Positions 1-13,742 are shown, counted from the first letter of the whole stretch. The stretch is 63,672 nt of DNA, filler included, from Octopus bimaculoides (GCF_001194135.2; 3 parts of 3 records of this genome joined end to end with filler, not necessarily neighbours in it); one strand, 5' to 3'. Notes: generated from the letters alone by a model not told the origin. Numbers and translations: made by a program.

Positions 1-335
1 GATGCACCACTTTGAGCGTGGCCGTTGCCAGTACCGCCTGACTGGCTCCCGTAGGATTTTCGAGTGAGATCGTTGCCAGTGCCCCTGGACTGGCTTGTGC
101 CGGTGGCACATAAAAGACACCATTTCGAGCGTGGCCGTTTTCGTGCAGGTGACACGTAAAAGCAGCCACTACACTCTCTGAGTGGTTGGCGTTAGGAAGG
201 GCATCCAGCTGTAGAAACTCTGCCAAATTAGATTGGAGCCTGGTGTTGCCATCCGGTTTCACCAGTCCTCAGTCAAATCGTCCAACCCATGCTAGCATGG
301 AAAGCGGACGTTAAACGATGATGATGATGATGATG

Positions 336-337
<2 letters not shown>
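1..337 (+). mobile_element. 3' UTR/tail of RTE-clade LINE (5'-truncated), ending in (GAT)n
   Basis: Same sequence follows RTE ORF fragments elsewhere in the window (35236-35260, 49232-49480). Ends ...GGAAAGCGGACGTTAAAC(GAT)n. Confidence 0.85.
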
Positions 338-368
<31 letters not shown>

Positions 369-1251
369 TATTTGTCAATTCTCTCAGATGTGACAAATTA
401 AAGAACTCAATACACAAGTGTATTAAAGAATACTCTAGAAGTGTAGAGAATTCTTCAATACTTTATAATTGAAAGGTTCATAATTCCAATACTCCAAGTT
501 TCATGTTTCTAATCATTCAGTAGGTAAAATGTCTGTTTTCTTTTGCTATTGAAATACTATAAAAAGTTAAGAAAATACTTGATTGGGTTCCTTATAAAGA
601 AAAAAAAATCGACAACCTTGAAAGCAACATGTGCAAAAACAGCTACTTCAAGTTCAAGGTTTTCTTTTCATTTCTGGCATGTGAAAGTTGTAGTGACTAA
701 ATATTTAGAGGGTAATATACAGTGTCTCACACACATATGCACAAATATACATCTATTGCTCTACCAACCAGCCTATCAAATGTCCTTGTACATCACTGGG
801 TTGCAATGTGCTTCTCTTCTTCCCTTGATTGTAATCCTCTCTTTTATTAAGGCTGAATTTTTTGACTATGTCATCCTTCCGTTGTTTTTGGAAATCTCTT
901 CTAATCTTTTGGATACCATTCAACAACTGCACAGGTCTACCTGCTGTCTGAGAGCTTTGCAACATGTCTTGTTGAGCAGAACTTGTGCTTTTGGTATTCT
1001 ATGATCACATTTTCCACTCCACTCTATTTTTGTGATCATGAGTGCAACACCTTAACCACTAAGCCATGTGCCTTCACACACACACACACACATACATTTC
1101 AGTAGGTTTTTTCAATCTGTCCACTAATTCCATGCACAAGATATTGGTTGATCTGTGGCTAAAGTATATTCATATATAATCAGATGTATAAATCTACTGT
1201 GTAGATTTGATAGAGAGAAACTAATAGGAGTGTCTTATGTGTGTGTGTGTG

Positions 1252-1391
1252 ATCATCATCATCCTTTAACATCTAATTTCCATGCTACAAAGGTTGGATG
1301 GTTTGACCATAGTTAGCAAGCGGGAGAGTCACACCAGATTCCAGTCTGATTTGGCTTGGTTTCTACGGCTGGATGTCTTTCCTAACACCAA
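1252..1391 (-). mobile_element. Degenerate RTE 3' tail
   Basis: Reverse-complement match to the 1-337 tail (catcatc...ggctggatgtctttcctaacacc). Confidence 0.65.
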
Positions 1392-1521
1392 GTGTGTGAA
1401 TGTGTTTGTATTCCTTTTGTCTTTGTGGGTTTGCTGCTTGTAAGCATTAGTCTAACTGTCAATGTCATTTGCTTGCAGTCACTATGAAAGCATTGAGGTT
1501 ATCATTCTGTTTGAAAGCAGG

Positions 1522-1846
1522 TTTGCTGGTGGCACGTGTAAAGACATTTGAGCAAGATCGTTGCCAGTGCTGCTGGATTGGCTCCTGTGCAGGTGGCACG
1601 TAAAATACACCATTTTGAGCGTGGCTGTTGCCAGTACCGCCTGACTGGCCTTCGTGCTGGTGGCACGTAAAAGCACCCACTACACTCTTGGAGTGGTTGG
1701 CGTTAGGAAGGGCATCCAGCTGTAGAAACCCTGCCAGATCAGATTGGAGCCTGGTGTAGCCATCTGGTTTCACCAGTCCTCAGTCGAATTGTCCAACCCA
1801 TGCTAGCATGGAAAGCGGACGTTAAACGACGAAGATGATGATGTGA
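1522..1846 (+). mobile_element. RTE 3' UTR/tail copy
   Basis: High similarity to 1-337, including GCCAGT..ACTGGC subrepeats and the GAT tail. Confidence 0.85.
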
Positions 1847-2019
1847 TGAATGACACCAGGAAGAGCATCTGGTTGTAGAAAACTTTGCCCTAACACTCTT
1901 ATCTGACCCATGCAAACATGGAGAAATAAAACATTAAAATAATGATGACATGTATAGTTATACAAACGTATACCTTTAAACACACACACACATTTAAATC
2001 CTTTCTACTATAAACACAA

Positions 2020-2210
2020 GGACTGAAATTTTGTGAGAGCCAGTAAGTCGATTACATTGACCCCAGTACTCAACTGGTACTCATTTCATCATGACTGAAA
2101 GGATGAAAGGCAAAGTCAACCTCAGTGGAATTTAAACTCAGAACATTAAGAAGGATTGAAATGTTGCTAAGCATTTTGTCCAGCATGCTAACGATTCTGC
2201 CATCTCAACA
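2020..2210 (-). mobile_element. Degenerate tRNA-like SINE (family of 25073-25325)
   Basis: Reverse-complement similarity to 25073-25325 (gaaaggatgaaaggcaaagtcaacctc...ctcagaac). Confidence 0.65.
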
Positions 2211-3608
2211 CCTAGCACATACACACAGACATAAACATAAATATATGTATATATACATATAAGTAAAAAGTAGAAAATAGTATCTTTGATATATTAAAAA
2301 CTCTGTATCTATTAGCCATTTCAATAACATCAATCACCATTCACAATCCTATAATTAATAATTACATTATAATAGTTGTGTATGTGTCATCTCAAGATAG
2401 AGATATCAACCACGCCATGTTTGTTATATATAGTCCAAAATAAAGGAGTATAAAAATACAAAAAAAAAAATTATCAAATAAAACATAATAGCAATGCATT
2501 CACACAGATGTAGTGTGTAGCAGAGTGCCAAAACAATAAATCTTTGTCTCAATGGCCAGATAAACAGTCAGCATCCAGTTATGAGGCACTGATAAGGTTC
2601 TACTGTAAAACCATCTTATAAAAGGTCAGTGAGACCCAGGAAGACATGATCTCAGTGAAGGCTGGTCTCAAGACATTGAGCCTCACAGAGATGATGAAGG
2701 AATGAGCTAACTGATGATTCATTGTGCTTGGGAAGTCTAGTCTGTGACAATGCATCTAATCTTCCTAACACTCATCCTTCCATCACTCTTCTAACTATAG
2801 CATTATTCAGCTACTGTAACAATATAAGAGCAGAATCTGCACATATTTCAGTCCCTTTTGTGCTCCCAGTTATTTCCCCTCTCTATGGAAATAACGCCTT
2901 TTAAAATACACCCTTCATTCACCCCTATTTGTGCCGCCTGAGATCTCCCTTTCCTAAGAACTACCATACTTCATCTTTGACACCCTCACTTATCTGCTGT
3001 CAATAGTCCTCTACCCCCACCTGCTAACAATAGCCACTCCTATATATCTCTGACTGCCACCTGTGTCACAGTACATATCTCTCTCCCACAGCATATCAAC
3101 ACCCCATTTTCTGATCTCCAAGCTTATTATACTGCTGCTCTCCACCCTTCTTGTATTGCCACTTACCACCACTTCCTTCCTGAGCCACTCCCATATCTTT
3201 CACTCCACTCCATACTGGTATTTACCACTGACCACACTTCATCTCTACCCTCATCTATAACCATCTGTCACTCTTCTCTCATGCTCTTACGAAATTACCT
3301 ACCCACCCACCCTTCCTGATCCTGTCCTTATTCTCTCTTATACTCACTTTCCTACACCTTGATAGTATGCTGACACCTTGTCAGCACCAACTTTCTCTTC
3401 CTTCAAGCTACTCCTACCCACCCCTATATAATGCAAGAAAGCAATGCATGTCCTCTATAGTAACACATTTGAAACTGTCCCTCTCACCACTGAGCAAAAA
3501 GCTACCTTCCTCTTTACTACAGCCCCATTCATGGGAGTGCAGGCTTTTTGTCTCACGAGTTATTTGTAGTGATAGTTTTAGTGCAACAAAAGACCCCCCC
3601 CCCCAGTT

Positions 3609-3762
3609 CACTGTGTAAAGTGGTTGGCGTTAGGAAGGGCATCCAGCCACAGAAACCATGCCAAATCAGGCATTGGAGCTTGACACAGACTTCTGACTTG
3701 TTGGTCCTGTAAAGCTGTCCAACCCAAGCCAGTATGGAAGACAAAAAAGTGATGTGATGATG
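3609..3762 (+). mobile_element. Degenerate RTE-type 3' tail
   Basis: gtggttggcgttaggaagggcatccagc core shared with 1-337. Confidence 0.65.
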
Positions 3763-5673
3763 CATACATATATGTGCATGTACATATACATATTCATGCA
3801 TACACATTATACATATATAAGTGCTCATATACATTTATATACAAACGCACACACAAAGGTGTGAGTATGCATACATGAGATTTGGTGTGCACACATTCAG
3901 CAATTTTTCTGTTTCACATTTCCTGGAAAAAGAGAAAGTGCAACAATGAACAATAGACTGATAAATGTAGAACCACACGAATTATGGAAGTATTGTAACA
4001 GCATGAAAATATACTTTTCCCCTTGATATCTTCGATTTGGATTTATGAAAAAATTATATAGACAACAAATGCAATTGGGTTCATCATAACACCACATGTG
4101 CAAAAGAGATTGAAAAGCTAATTTTACAATGGAATATATAATACCATTTCATAAATTTATAGATATTGTACAACCATTACTAGGTAGCAAAGATTTTGAC
4201 ATGCTGTATGTAACAGCTGCAGCATGGTAAATTTTATATACTCCTACAGTTTCGTTAGTGTTTAGAATATAGAAATAAAAATAAAGTTTGACCTGGTTTT
4301 CATATTGATTTATGGCATACCAACTTCCGACTGACAAACACACCAAGGAATTTATGATGCACTGTTGTTTCGAGTATCAAACATTGGCAAAAATTCGAGA
4401 TCGCCAATATTTACTGTCCTTTATAATTCTAATAACAATAACATCAGAATTTGAAAGATTTTCAAAATAAGGGTCCATTATGGTAGTAACTTCGATCGGA
4501 AATATTAAGGAAAAGAACAACGAAAAAACAATTTAGCCCTAATTCTAGTGTAAACATGAAAAGAATAATTGCATTTAGGGATCTCCTTGTCTTATGAAAT
4601 GGGCATTTTTGACGAATTTTAGTGATTACATTAAATATTCTTTCTTTTCGAGAACATCTAAAACTCAATGAAAGAAATTATGTGAACTGTTATTGACCTG
4701 TGAAAATAGGTACAAGGTTCAATTAGCCTTGGTACCACCAAGTCATTAAAATATCATTATATAACAATTGTTGATAAATAGGAACCCAAACTAATTTAGG
4801 TTGTGCTTATACATTCCAATCAACTTGACTAATCAATGGTTGCTAAGAAAGAAAGAACAGTTGACTCAATGATTAAGCAAGTTTCGATGGGCATCAGAAG
4901 AACAGAAAATCTTCAGCAACTAGGTCCAGCTATACTACAGTTAAAATGGATTCAAGGCCAAATATAAAAGGGCAGAGAAAACTGAATGTTAAAACGAAGA
5001 TTATACGACGGTCGTTATTAGGCAAAAACTGGGAAGTACTGGACTAAAATAGCCAACAATATCTGAATTCGTCCTTCTATACCAGAGTTCAATTCCAATC
5101 AGAGTTGATTTGGCTTCTAAGTACCAATCATGTCCTAGCGTCAGTTCATCGACTACACTTCTCGATACATTTTTAGTTTTGACTAATCACCTATAACAGC
5201 AATATCATATTAATGCTACTAAATCTAGGTAAACTTGCATTTGCGTACAACGGTTTCGAATTACGATAGAAGAGCAAAACCAACACAGAAGAATCCGAAA
5301 CTACTTTTTGGTACTACTACAAGCTGAAAAGAGTATTAACGTAGTTGTCTGAAACGAAGACTAATTAACAGAAAAGAGCAATAAATATATTTATTAGTAG
5401 AGTTGTTTGATTTGTAAATAGCCCAATAATTAGTGCATATAGAGCAAATGAACATTTTGGAGAACAATGAAGAAAATATATCAGGTTTAAACTTGATACA
5501 GATAATTCCAAATTTTACTTAAGGAATCTACCGAATACACTTTATGAAGAAATTCGTAAATATAAACAAGTGTTATATAAATAAGCAGCGGAGATCTTAA
5601 TGTAAATTAACGTTAACTAATATTTGCATACAATATAAATTTTTAAAAAAACCCAAAATGTAACAGCATTTGA

Positions 5674-5725
5674 TGGAATCGAACCAAGTACACTCCCGAT
5701 TGCCAGGAGGCAACTGCGTTAACTA
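5674..5725 (-). other. tRNA-like remnant (B-box GGTTCGATTCCA)
   Basis: Minus strand reads TAGTTAACGCAG...CTCCTG-GCAAT-CGGGAG...TGGTTCGATTCCA. No complete cloverleaf. Confidence 0.3.
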
Positions 5726-5886
5726 TTTTCACAACCAGACAATTTAATATTCCTGCTTTTGAATGAAGCCAACATGTTTTTACTGTGTTGAAAATTTTCA
5801 TCGCTGCGGCTAGATCTCACCAAGAATTTCTGTTCCACTATGTATGTAGGTCTGTGAGAGTATATTGTATGATAGAAACTCTGCAG

Positions 5887-5890
<4 letters not shown>

Positions 5891-5984
<94 letters not shown>

Positions 5985-6040
5985 CGCGCGTGTGTATGTG
6001 TGTTACACATACACACACACTTGTGTGTGTGTATATATGT
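5891..6040. repeat. Compound (TA)n-(TG)n microsatellite
   Basis: Directly visible. Confidence 0.95.
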
Positions 6041-7294
6041 GTCTGTGTAACCATAAAACAAATGCTAATAAAAATGATGTAATTTCAGGGTATATATAAA
6101 AAGTAAATGACGATAGCAACGACAAGGAATAGAAAGAAATACGAGATTCAACTATTATCATTATTACCGAATTTGAAGAGGTTTGGAAGTCGGTATTCGA
6201 TGCTTCTTAGTCTGGGTTTATGCTAGTAGTGATCCAAGTGGGCTTCCGTACAAACACCACAGTTGTACACGGATACTAATGACTTTCCGAAACCACACTA
6301 TTTTACTTCGCTTGCAAATTGCACTAACCTAGCCATAAAGAAACCTCCTATAAGGATTTGTAGCTTTGCTTTAGGTGTGTGTCATAGACCAGAGTTTCTA
6401 TTTTTTTTAAAAAATATATTTATAGTTCCTACATGTAACCTAGAAGACATGAATAAACAAAACAAAACCAAATATTATTTGCGGTTTTACAAAGTCTGAA
6501 GAGAGGATTACATGGAAATTTTCAAATAAAAGACGAAAATAGTGGTTCATTCACAAGCAAAGAATCTGCAGTGAATAACCGAATGAAACTACTATATTCA
6601 GGGGACTGAGAATTATAGGAAGAAGACGTTAGAGTTGAGTTAGGCAAGGTTTAAATTTGCTCGGCCTCTCCGAGGGAGCGTTATTTCTTGTAGTAAAATG
6701 CCAGTTGGAGACTTGGTTTGCTATAACTGGAATGAACAAACTGAAACTAATAAAACCTTTCATATCGATGTTGTTATTACGGGGAAATAAAATATAAGCG
6801 GATCATTAAAACAATCCATGCTATATGTATATGTAGTTATGTCTATATATGATACACGACTACACAGATCTATATTTGAATGTGTAAGTCTGTGTGTGTA
6901 TGAGAGAAAGAGAGATAGTAAAAATACTCTATAAGCAACCTGGTGTATACACTTATAAGGATATGCCGATAAATGGCAAGGAACAACTAGTCTACAAGTG
7001 GTTTCCAGTGACTCCAAGAGCCAATGTCTACATTTTAATGTAAATATTTAAATCAGGAAATTTGTGACGTGTTTACGGTAAACTAGATATATTTCTGTTA
7101 ACCGTGTTTTAGTGAGTGGGACCGACTTGCTAAATACCAAACTATTTCAACAAAACACTGTAGAAAGGGCGACATATATGAGAGATACCAAGTAGTAGGG
7201 AGTAAAACATTACTTCTGCACAACAGTAGTTGTTTTGCAGTCAATAAAATACCTTCTTACCAAACGATACACAAGTCATACACTGTTTACTCAC

Positions 7295-8035
7295 CAGGAA
7301 GCACAATTTTGGCCAGTTGTGAATGAAATATCGGTATGTATATATCGAATAAGGTTCAGAGAGATCCTTGGTAATCAATCGCATAATATCGGCCATCTGG
7401 AGTTCACATTCGTAAACGCGATACTCCAGTTGGCTTTCTGTAGCGACAGTATTAGCACATGCATCATCTACAACTGCCGTCTCAGGTCCCGAAGATATGG
7501 CAACAGTAGATGTGTTGTCCTTAGAAATGTTAAGGTTATTCAGTTGTTTATTTACACTGTCCATAACCTCTTGCCGATTGGAAGGGTTATCGTCATGGTC
7601 GCGTGACGATTTAATCTCTTCTACCCCGGACTGACAAGACAAAATGCCCGTGTCGCTTTCATTATGACTGCAATCAGGATTGCAACTAACACTATTTAAA
7701 GTACAACAATCATATTCCTCTTCGCCGTTAGGGCCGAGCAATCCATCAGGTAAGACATGGTTAATCAGTCCGTTTTCATCTGTTCTATGTTTTATCTTGC
7801 CATTTGGTAATGTGTTTTCTTTGATTCCGGCTCGTTCGATAATTTTGGTGGTGGTAGATACGACCTGGTGATCTTTAGTGATTGTAGACAAGTTGTTCAG
7901 TTCCGACAAGTTCGTTTGATTACTGCCCCAAGCAGTGGCTCCATGTGCCGAGTCCAGCTGGGACGCATAGATCTTCTCCTCTTCACAGCAACCTAAGCTA
8001 AGGCCACTATTTTCCATTTCATGGAGAAAATGCAA
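7295..8035 (-). CDS. NAA30: N-alpha-acetyltransferase 30 (NatC catalytic subunit), first coding exon (247 codons); downstream exons not found in window
   Basis: ORF ends [43 protein letters not shown], matching the NAA30/Mak3 GNAT start. Followed by a phase-0 GTGAGT donor at 7294-7289. The start could be MHFL (8035) or MENS (8017). Confidence 0.95.
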
Positions 8036-8445
8036 ATGACGCCGATTTAGATAAAATGTTAATAACTGTATATAGACTTATAAGGCAAAATCTAATCAAT
8101 GCAAACGTTTGTGATCATAACAAGTATTATGGTCAAACAGGTTAAAAAGGAGCAGACCTTGCGTTAAGACATGTTGAGAAAATACCATTTTACATTCAAG
8201 TACTAGTTGACATGCGTAGTGGACTACGTCGTTGGATTACTACGCTACTTCTAATAAATCCCATCAGGTTATAAACGAGAAAAGAAAACCACCACCATTT
8301 TATCAAAAATATGTTACCTCAATAATCAGAGGACATCAAATAAATTTCCACACGAAAATTAAAGCATTTTTCATCACGACTTTTATATTTTTTAGTGTGT
8401 AGTCATTTCCGGTGTGTAAAGTGGTTTTAACTGTATCACGCCGCC
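8036..8445. promoter_or_regulatory. Compact bidirectional promoter/5' UTR region shared by NAA30 (-) and COA6 (+)
   Basis: Start codons are 410 bp apart and divergent. ETS-like ATTTCCGG at 8405-8412. YY1-like/Kozak CGCCGCCATG overlaps the COA6 ATG. Repeat-free and CpG-containing. Confidence 0.7.
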
Positions 8446-8460
8446 ATGTCAGACGTAACT
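8446..8460 (+). CDS. COA6: COA6 exon 1 (MSDVT, 15 nt coding)
   Basis: Perfect Kozak gccgccATG followed by a GTAAGT donor at 8461. Phase 0 joins exon 2 in frame. Confidence 0.8.
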
Positions 8461-9574
8461 GTAAGTTGAAAAATTCTAATGTGTAATATAATATAATACA
8501 TTTTACTCAATTGCTTATTTATTTTACAAATACTTTCCTTTTTATTTATGACTTATTTATTCTAAATCTTTTAGTTTCACAATAATCTAGAGTAACACTT
8601 CTGTTATGTAAGGGGACGCAGTAATTTGTTTATCAACATGGAAATGTGACACTAAATATTTTGATATAAGTTTTCGGAAAGCAAATATCTATCACGATTT
8701 CAGTGATTGATCACTGAAATTTAATTATATTTGGAGAAAAATATCAAGTTTTACTACCCTTTAATTCAGTCACCCTTTTTTCTCTTTAATATTCTAGTTA
8801 AATGTCAGCATTCTGTAATCATATACTTTGTGAAATTTCAAGTTGTCAAGCGTGACTAAATTTGATTTTTCAAATAAAGTGTGCATAGTTAACAAATGAA
8901 ACTAGAAGTAAAAAGTGACATGCTCTTAAAATTCATTGAGAATTTTATTAATGATTGATTTCCTACCTAAATAAGGGATGTATATCGATACATGTTAGTT
9001 AGTGCCCCACTATCAACCTCAGAAGAAAAAGCGATAGTCGCCAGAATACCTTTAGTCCGGGCGACCTCAAGACTGCCTCTAATCTAGAAAGGCTAAACTA
9101 ACGATTAAGAATAAAATAATATGAATTCAAAATTCCTCGATAAAATTAATTGTAACTGCTTCTGTACAATAGGCAGCTAAACAACCTTTTAACCTTAACG
9201 ACTCATGTTACTTGTTAAACTAAAAGTTATTAATAACAACTTGCAGTATAAAATTTTGGTTTATTTTTCAAATTGTTTTGTCAAAAGAGATCCTTCATGT
9301 GTTAAGAGCAAATATAGATTTATACAAACTTGAAATTATAAAATTACCAGACTTATGATGAAATATTTCACTGAATTTAAGTCACATCGCAGTGATCTCC
9401 CCTTCTCAACCTACCTAGTTAACATCTGTTATGTAATAAAGTTGGAAAACTTCCATTATCTGAGATTATGCAAGTAATTATTCGACAAAATCACACAAGA
9501 GTGTTTTAAAATCTAAAAGCAACATTAGGGGAGATAACTTCGACAAGATCAGTTGATTGTAATTTTTGGACGAT

Positions 9575-9641
9575 ATAGGCGCAGGCAGTTCGCTTCACAG
9601 CCATGTGGTATCAGGTTCCATCACATTGCATGGTACCTTGG

Positions 9642-9679
<38 letters not shown>

Positions 9680-9860
9680 TGTTATACTTTTTTCCTTTTA
9701 TTCTCTTGTTTCAGTCAGTAATTACTTTTAAAGTCTAGTTCTTATTTTGTCGGGCTCTTTTGCTGAATGGCTCAGTTACAAGGACGTGGACGGACCAACA
9801 CAGTTGTATATCAGTGGGTGGGATAAACACAGACACATACACACGCGTGCACACATATAT
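9575..9860. mobile_element. Rearranged/degenerate tRNA-derived SINE fragments
   Basis: Head-like aggcgcagg...ccatgtggt...caccttggg on +, and a tail-like segment on -, both similar to 11283-11713. Confidence 0.5.
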
Positions 9861-10427
9861 GCGTATCTATATGTTTGTGTATGTGAATAACGACGATTGC
9901 GTGTGTGTGGGACTGGAGAGGTTAGTGGCAAGAGGTGAGTCAACAAAGCAAATGAACAGAGGGCTGAGGGAACCCTATAAGGGTTTTTAATGATATTAAC
10001 GATATTATCCTTTATTGACATTGTAACAATCAATTTTAGGTTTTTTTTTTTGATCTTGATTAATTTTATCACCCAGTGGGTTTCATCTTTAACAACAACC
10101 CATGGGAAATAACTCTTTCTTCTATTTTTAATTAATTACATCTTTATCTTTTAATTTTTATTCCACTAAAATTACATTCATTTTTGACACCACTGAATGC
10201 ACCTAAAATTTATTGTACCTCCTGCACTAAAGTGGTTATGTGATTCTGGTCAGCACATTTGAAGAGACGTCAATATTGTCTAGTGGCAGTATTCGATGGG
10301 AAACCAATGGTGACAGTTATATGCGATAACCATTAATACATTGGTAATAAATACACACACACATGAATATATGTATGTGTATATATACATATATGTATAT
10401 ATGTATACATATATGTATATATATGTA

Positions 10428-10900
10428 TAGCCAAAGATAGACCTCTGTACCTGGCTTTCGTTGACATGGAGAAAGCCTTTGACAGGGTCCCCCACTCCCT
10501 TATATGGTGGTCAATGAGGAAACTAGGGATAGATGAATGGTTAGTGAGAGCTGTGTGAGCCATGTACAGAGATGCTGTCAGTAAGGTGAGGGTTGGTAAC
10601 AAGTACAGTGAAGAATTCTGGGTAGAGGTAGGGGTCCACCAAGGTTCAGTCCTCAGCCCCCTCCTATTTATCATAGTCCTCCAGGCAATAACACAGGAAT
10701 TCAAGACAGGATGCCCCTGGGAGCTCCTCTGTGCTGATGACCTTGCCCTAATTGCTGAGTCACTATCAGAACTAGAGGAGAAGTTTCAAGTGTGGAAGCA
10801 AGGACTAGAATCAAAGGGCTTTAGAGTCAACCTAACTAAAACCAAAGTCCTAATAAGTAGGAAGGTAGACAAAACACAAACCCATTCAGGTAGATGACCC
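10428..10900 (+). mobile_element. RTE LINE reverse-transcriptase fragment in COA6 intron 1
   Basis: [16 protein letters not shown]...GVHQGSVLSPLLF...WELLCADDL (YADD mutated). Internal stop present. Confidence 0.92.
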
Positions 10901-11015
10901 TGTGTTTCTGTCAGCTCACCACAGCTATTCTCTTAATATTTGTAGATTATTATATCTAGAGTGGTTTTTTTGTTGTTGTTTGTTTTATATTTTAACTGTA
11001 ATTTATATTTTTCAG

Positions 11016-11174
11016 GCAGACTCTTCAAATTCCAGAGCACCCACACAATCTGAACGACAAAAATGTTGGACTGCTAGGGATATGTTCTGGACCTGCTTAG
11101 ATGGAAATGAAGCATCTCCTTTAAACTGTCAGGCCGTGCGTAAAACTTTTGAGGAGAGCTGTTCAAAAACTTGG
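11016..11174 (+). CDS. COA6: COA6 exon 2 (twin Cx9C/Cx10C motif)
   Basis: Acceptor ttttcag at 11015. Encodes ADSSNSRAPTQSERQKCWTARDMFWTCLDGNEASPLNCQAVRKTFEESCSKTW. GTCAGT donor at 11175. Matches the COA6/COX6B-like pattern. Confidence 0.95.
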
Positions 11175-11282
11175 GTCAGTAAATAAATATAAATTCTAAA
11201 TCATTGTCATTTATTAACATTTGATGAAGTGTCTTGTGTGATTAATATTGAAAATCCAACACTTTTGTAGCTTTTCTTAACT

Positions 11283-11713
11283 AGGCACAGGAGTGGCTGT
11301 GTGGTAAGTAGCTTGCTTACCAACCACATGGTTCCGGGTTCAGTCCCACTGCGTGGTACTTTGGGCAAGTGCCTTCTACTATAGCCTTGGGCCGACCAAA
11401 GCCTTGTGAGTGGATTTGGTAGACGGAAATTGAAAGAAAACCGTCGTATATATGTATGTATATATATATATACATATATATATATACATATATATATATG
11501 TGTGTGTGTTTGTGTGTCTGTGTTTGTCCCCCTAACATCACTCGACAACCGATGCTGGTGTGTTTACGTCCCCATAACTTAGCGGTTCGGCAAAAGAGAC
11601 CGATAGAATAAGTACTAGGCTTACAAAGAATAAGTCATGGGGGGCGATTTGCTCGACTAAAAGCGGTGCTCCAGCATGGCCGCAGTCAAATGACTGAAAC
11701 AAGTAAAAGAGTA
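11283..11713 (+). mobile_element. Full-length tRNA-derived SINE with internal (TA)/(TG) microsatellite and GTAAAAGA tail
   Basis: A/B-box-like head (gctgtgtggtaag...ggttcagtcc). Multiple copies in the window. Confidence 0.88.
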
Positions 11714-12124
11714 TCTTATCTGAAATGTTGTTTCCTTCTTGTTGTTGTTTAGTTTCCTCATTGAGCAGACCCATAATACAAGGCATGGCTTGCCTTTCAT
11801 TTTGGATATTTAGGACTAAATTAGCCAAGATGTAATTTCTTTTTTTGAGATGGTAGTGTGTGATTTGAAGGAATCTAGCTTTATTTCTAGCAACTGGAAT
11901 GACTTCATGGAGATTTTCTTGTTGTGTTGATGCTTTTTGAATGTCACAGAGCGATAAGCATCTGATTGTGTTTTTTCTTCTTTCCCTTTGTATTAAAATG
12001 TTCTTAGTTTACCTCTGCTCCACTGATAAGAAATGGCTGAAGAGCATTTTTTTGATATTTGTTCTTTGCATGTCTCTGCTGTTCGATGTCATTAAACTTC
12101 TTCCCCCATCTACTTCAGTTAATC

Positions 12125-12500
12125 ATTATCATCATTTGACGTCCACTTTCCATCCTAGCATGGGTTGGACGATTTGACTGAGGACTGGCAAGCCAGAAGG
12201 CTGCACCAGGCTCTGATCTGATCTGGCAGAGTTTCTACAGCTGGATGCCCTTCCTAACGCCAACCACTCCGAGAGTGTAGTGGGTGCTTTTATGTGCCAC
12301 TGGCACGAGGGCCAGTCACATGGTACTGGCAATGGCCACACTCAAATTGGTGTTTTTTTATGTGCCACCTGCACGGAAGCCAGTCCAGTGGCACTGGCAA
12401 CGACCTCGCTTGAATGATTTTCTAACGTGCCACCAGCACAAGTGCTAGAAGGTGACTCTGGTAACGATTACACTCAAATGGTGCTATTTACGGGAATCTT
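12125..12500 (-). mobile_element. RTE 3' UTR/tail copy
   Basis: Reverse complement of the 1-337 family. Confidence 0.8.
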
Positions 12501-13465
12501 GCCATCATTGTTATTGTCATCATCATCATCATCATCATCATTTAACATCCATGTTCCATGCTGATGTGACAGTTTGGACAGTTCGACAGGACCTGATGGG
12601 CTCAAAGACTGCATTGTGCTCCAGTGTCTGCTTTGACATGGTTTCTATGGCCGGATGTCTAACACTAATCACTACAGCATTTACTGGATGCTTTTTCTTA
12701 CATCACCAGTATCAGTGAGGTTGCCATCCAGTTTGTAAGACTACAAGCCCCAAAGGGTGGGGCTGGGAAGCAGATTTTATGCTAGGAGAATAAAGAGTAG
12801 AGAGAGGTAAAATATGAGAGAAAAGGGCCAGAGCAGAATAAGTTTCTTGCTACACAACTACTCACATTTTAGAAGAGAGGGCAGGGTGATTGGGAGAGCT
12901 AGAAAGTGATAAAAATAGATATGTTAGAGTGGATCTTCGAGGTTTGAGTGGGGTAGGAATGAGTGAGGAGTGACTTGTGAGTAAGGGATGTCCGATAGTG
13001 CAAAGTAGCAAATTTTTAAAAAGATCTACCATAAGAAGAAATTATATTGCTGAGTTGATTCAGTATTTTATTTATTTTTATCAGTGTCAGGACTACTGTT
13101 ATATTAATTACCTTTCATAATTATGTTGGGGTCTATGTCAGTTTCTTATCTCACAAACCAAGAAGAATGTTTGAGATACTAATGCTTTGTCCTATATTTT
13201 ACCAAGAGCTGTGCTTCAAAAAAATACTAGAAATATTGTGATATGGTTATCTGTAATGGTGGAGACGGTTGGTTATGCACCCAAAGACACACACAAACTG
13301 GTGAATCAACTCATTAATATGACCTATATTGTATACAATTAAAGAAAAGAAAACATTCTATTGATATGTAAACATTATTGTGTTCCTTAAGTCTATTGGC
13401 ATATTTAGCTAGTGGTTGTAATGGAAAACTAGTGTAACACACACACATATATATATGTTTATATA

Positions 13466-13514
<49 letters not shown>

Positions 13515-13703
13515 GTGTGTGTGTGTATATATATGTATATATACACACACAAGGTTCATGAACTCATCGATGAAAATCCACTGTCACATATAGAAAAATT
13601 AATAATTCATATTTTATACTGTGAAACTTAATTTAATTTAAATTTTTACTAAATTGATTTTAATTGAGTTTTTACCTGTAATTTTGGATTTTATCCCTAA
13701 TAT

Positions 13704-13740
<37 letters not shown>

Positions 13741-13742
<2 letters not shown>

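Noticed and set aside
543-1004. 153-aa plus ORF and overlapping 70-aa minus ORF
   Set aside because: No recognisable domain or splice context. The minus text at most resembles a decayed LINE C-terminus.
2720-3420. Pyrimidine-rich block with short ORFs (similar purine-rich blocks near 12780-12990 and 17300-17500)
   Set aside because: Probably old repeat debris; no motif good enough to assign.
1-7240. Downstream NAA30 exons (AMV...GAIVCKL, GYIAMLAV, VVLETE, RDKRL)
   Set aside because: Searched by eye on the minus strand and none found; probably left of the window.
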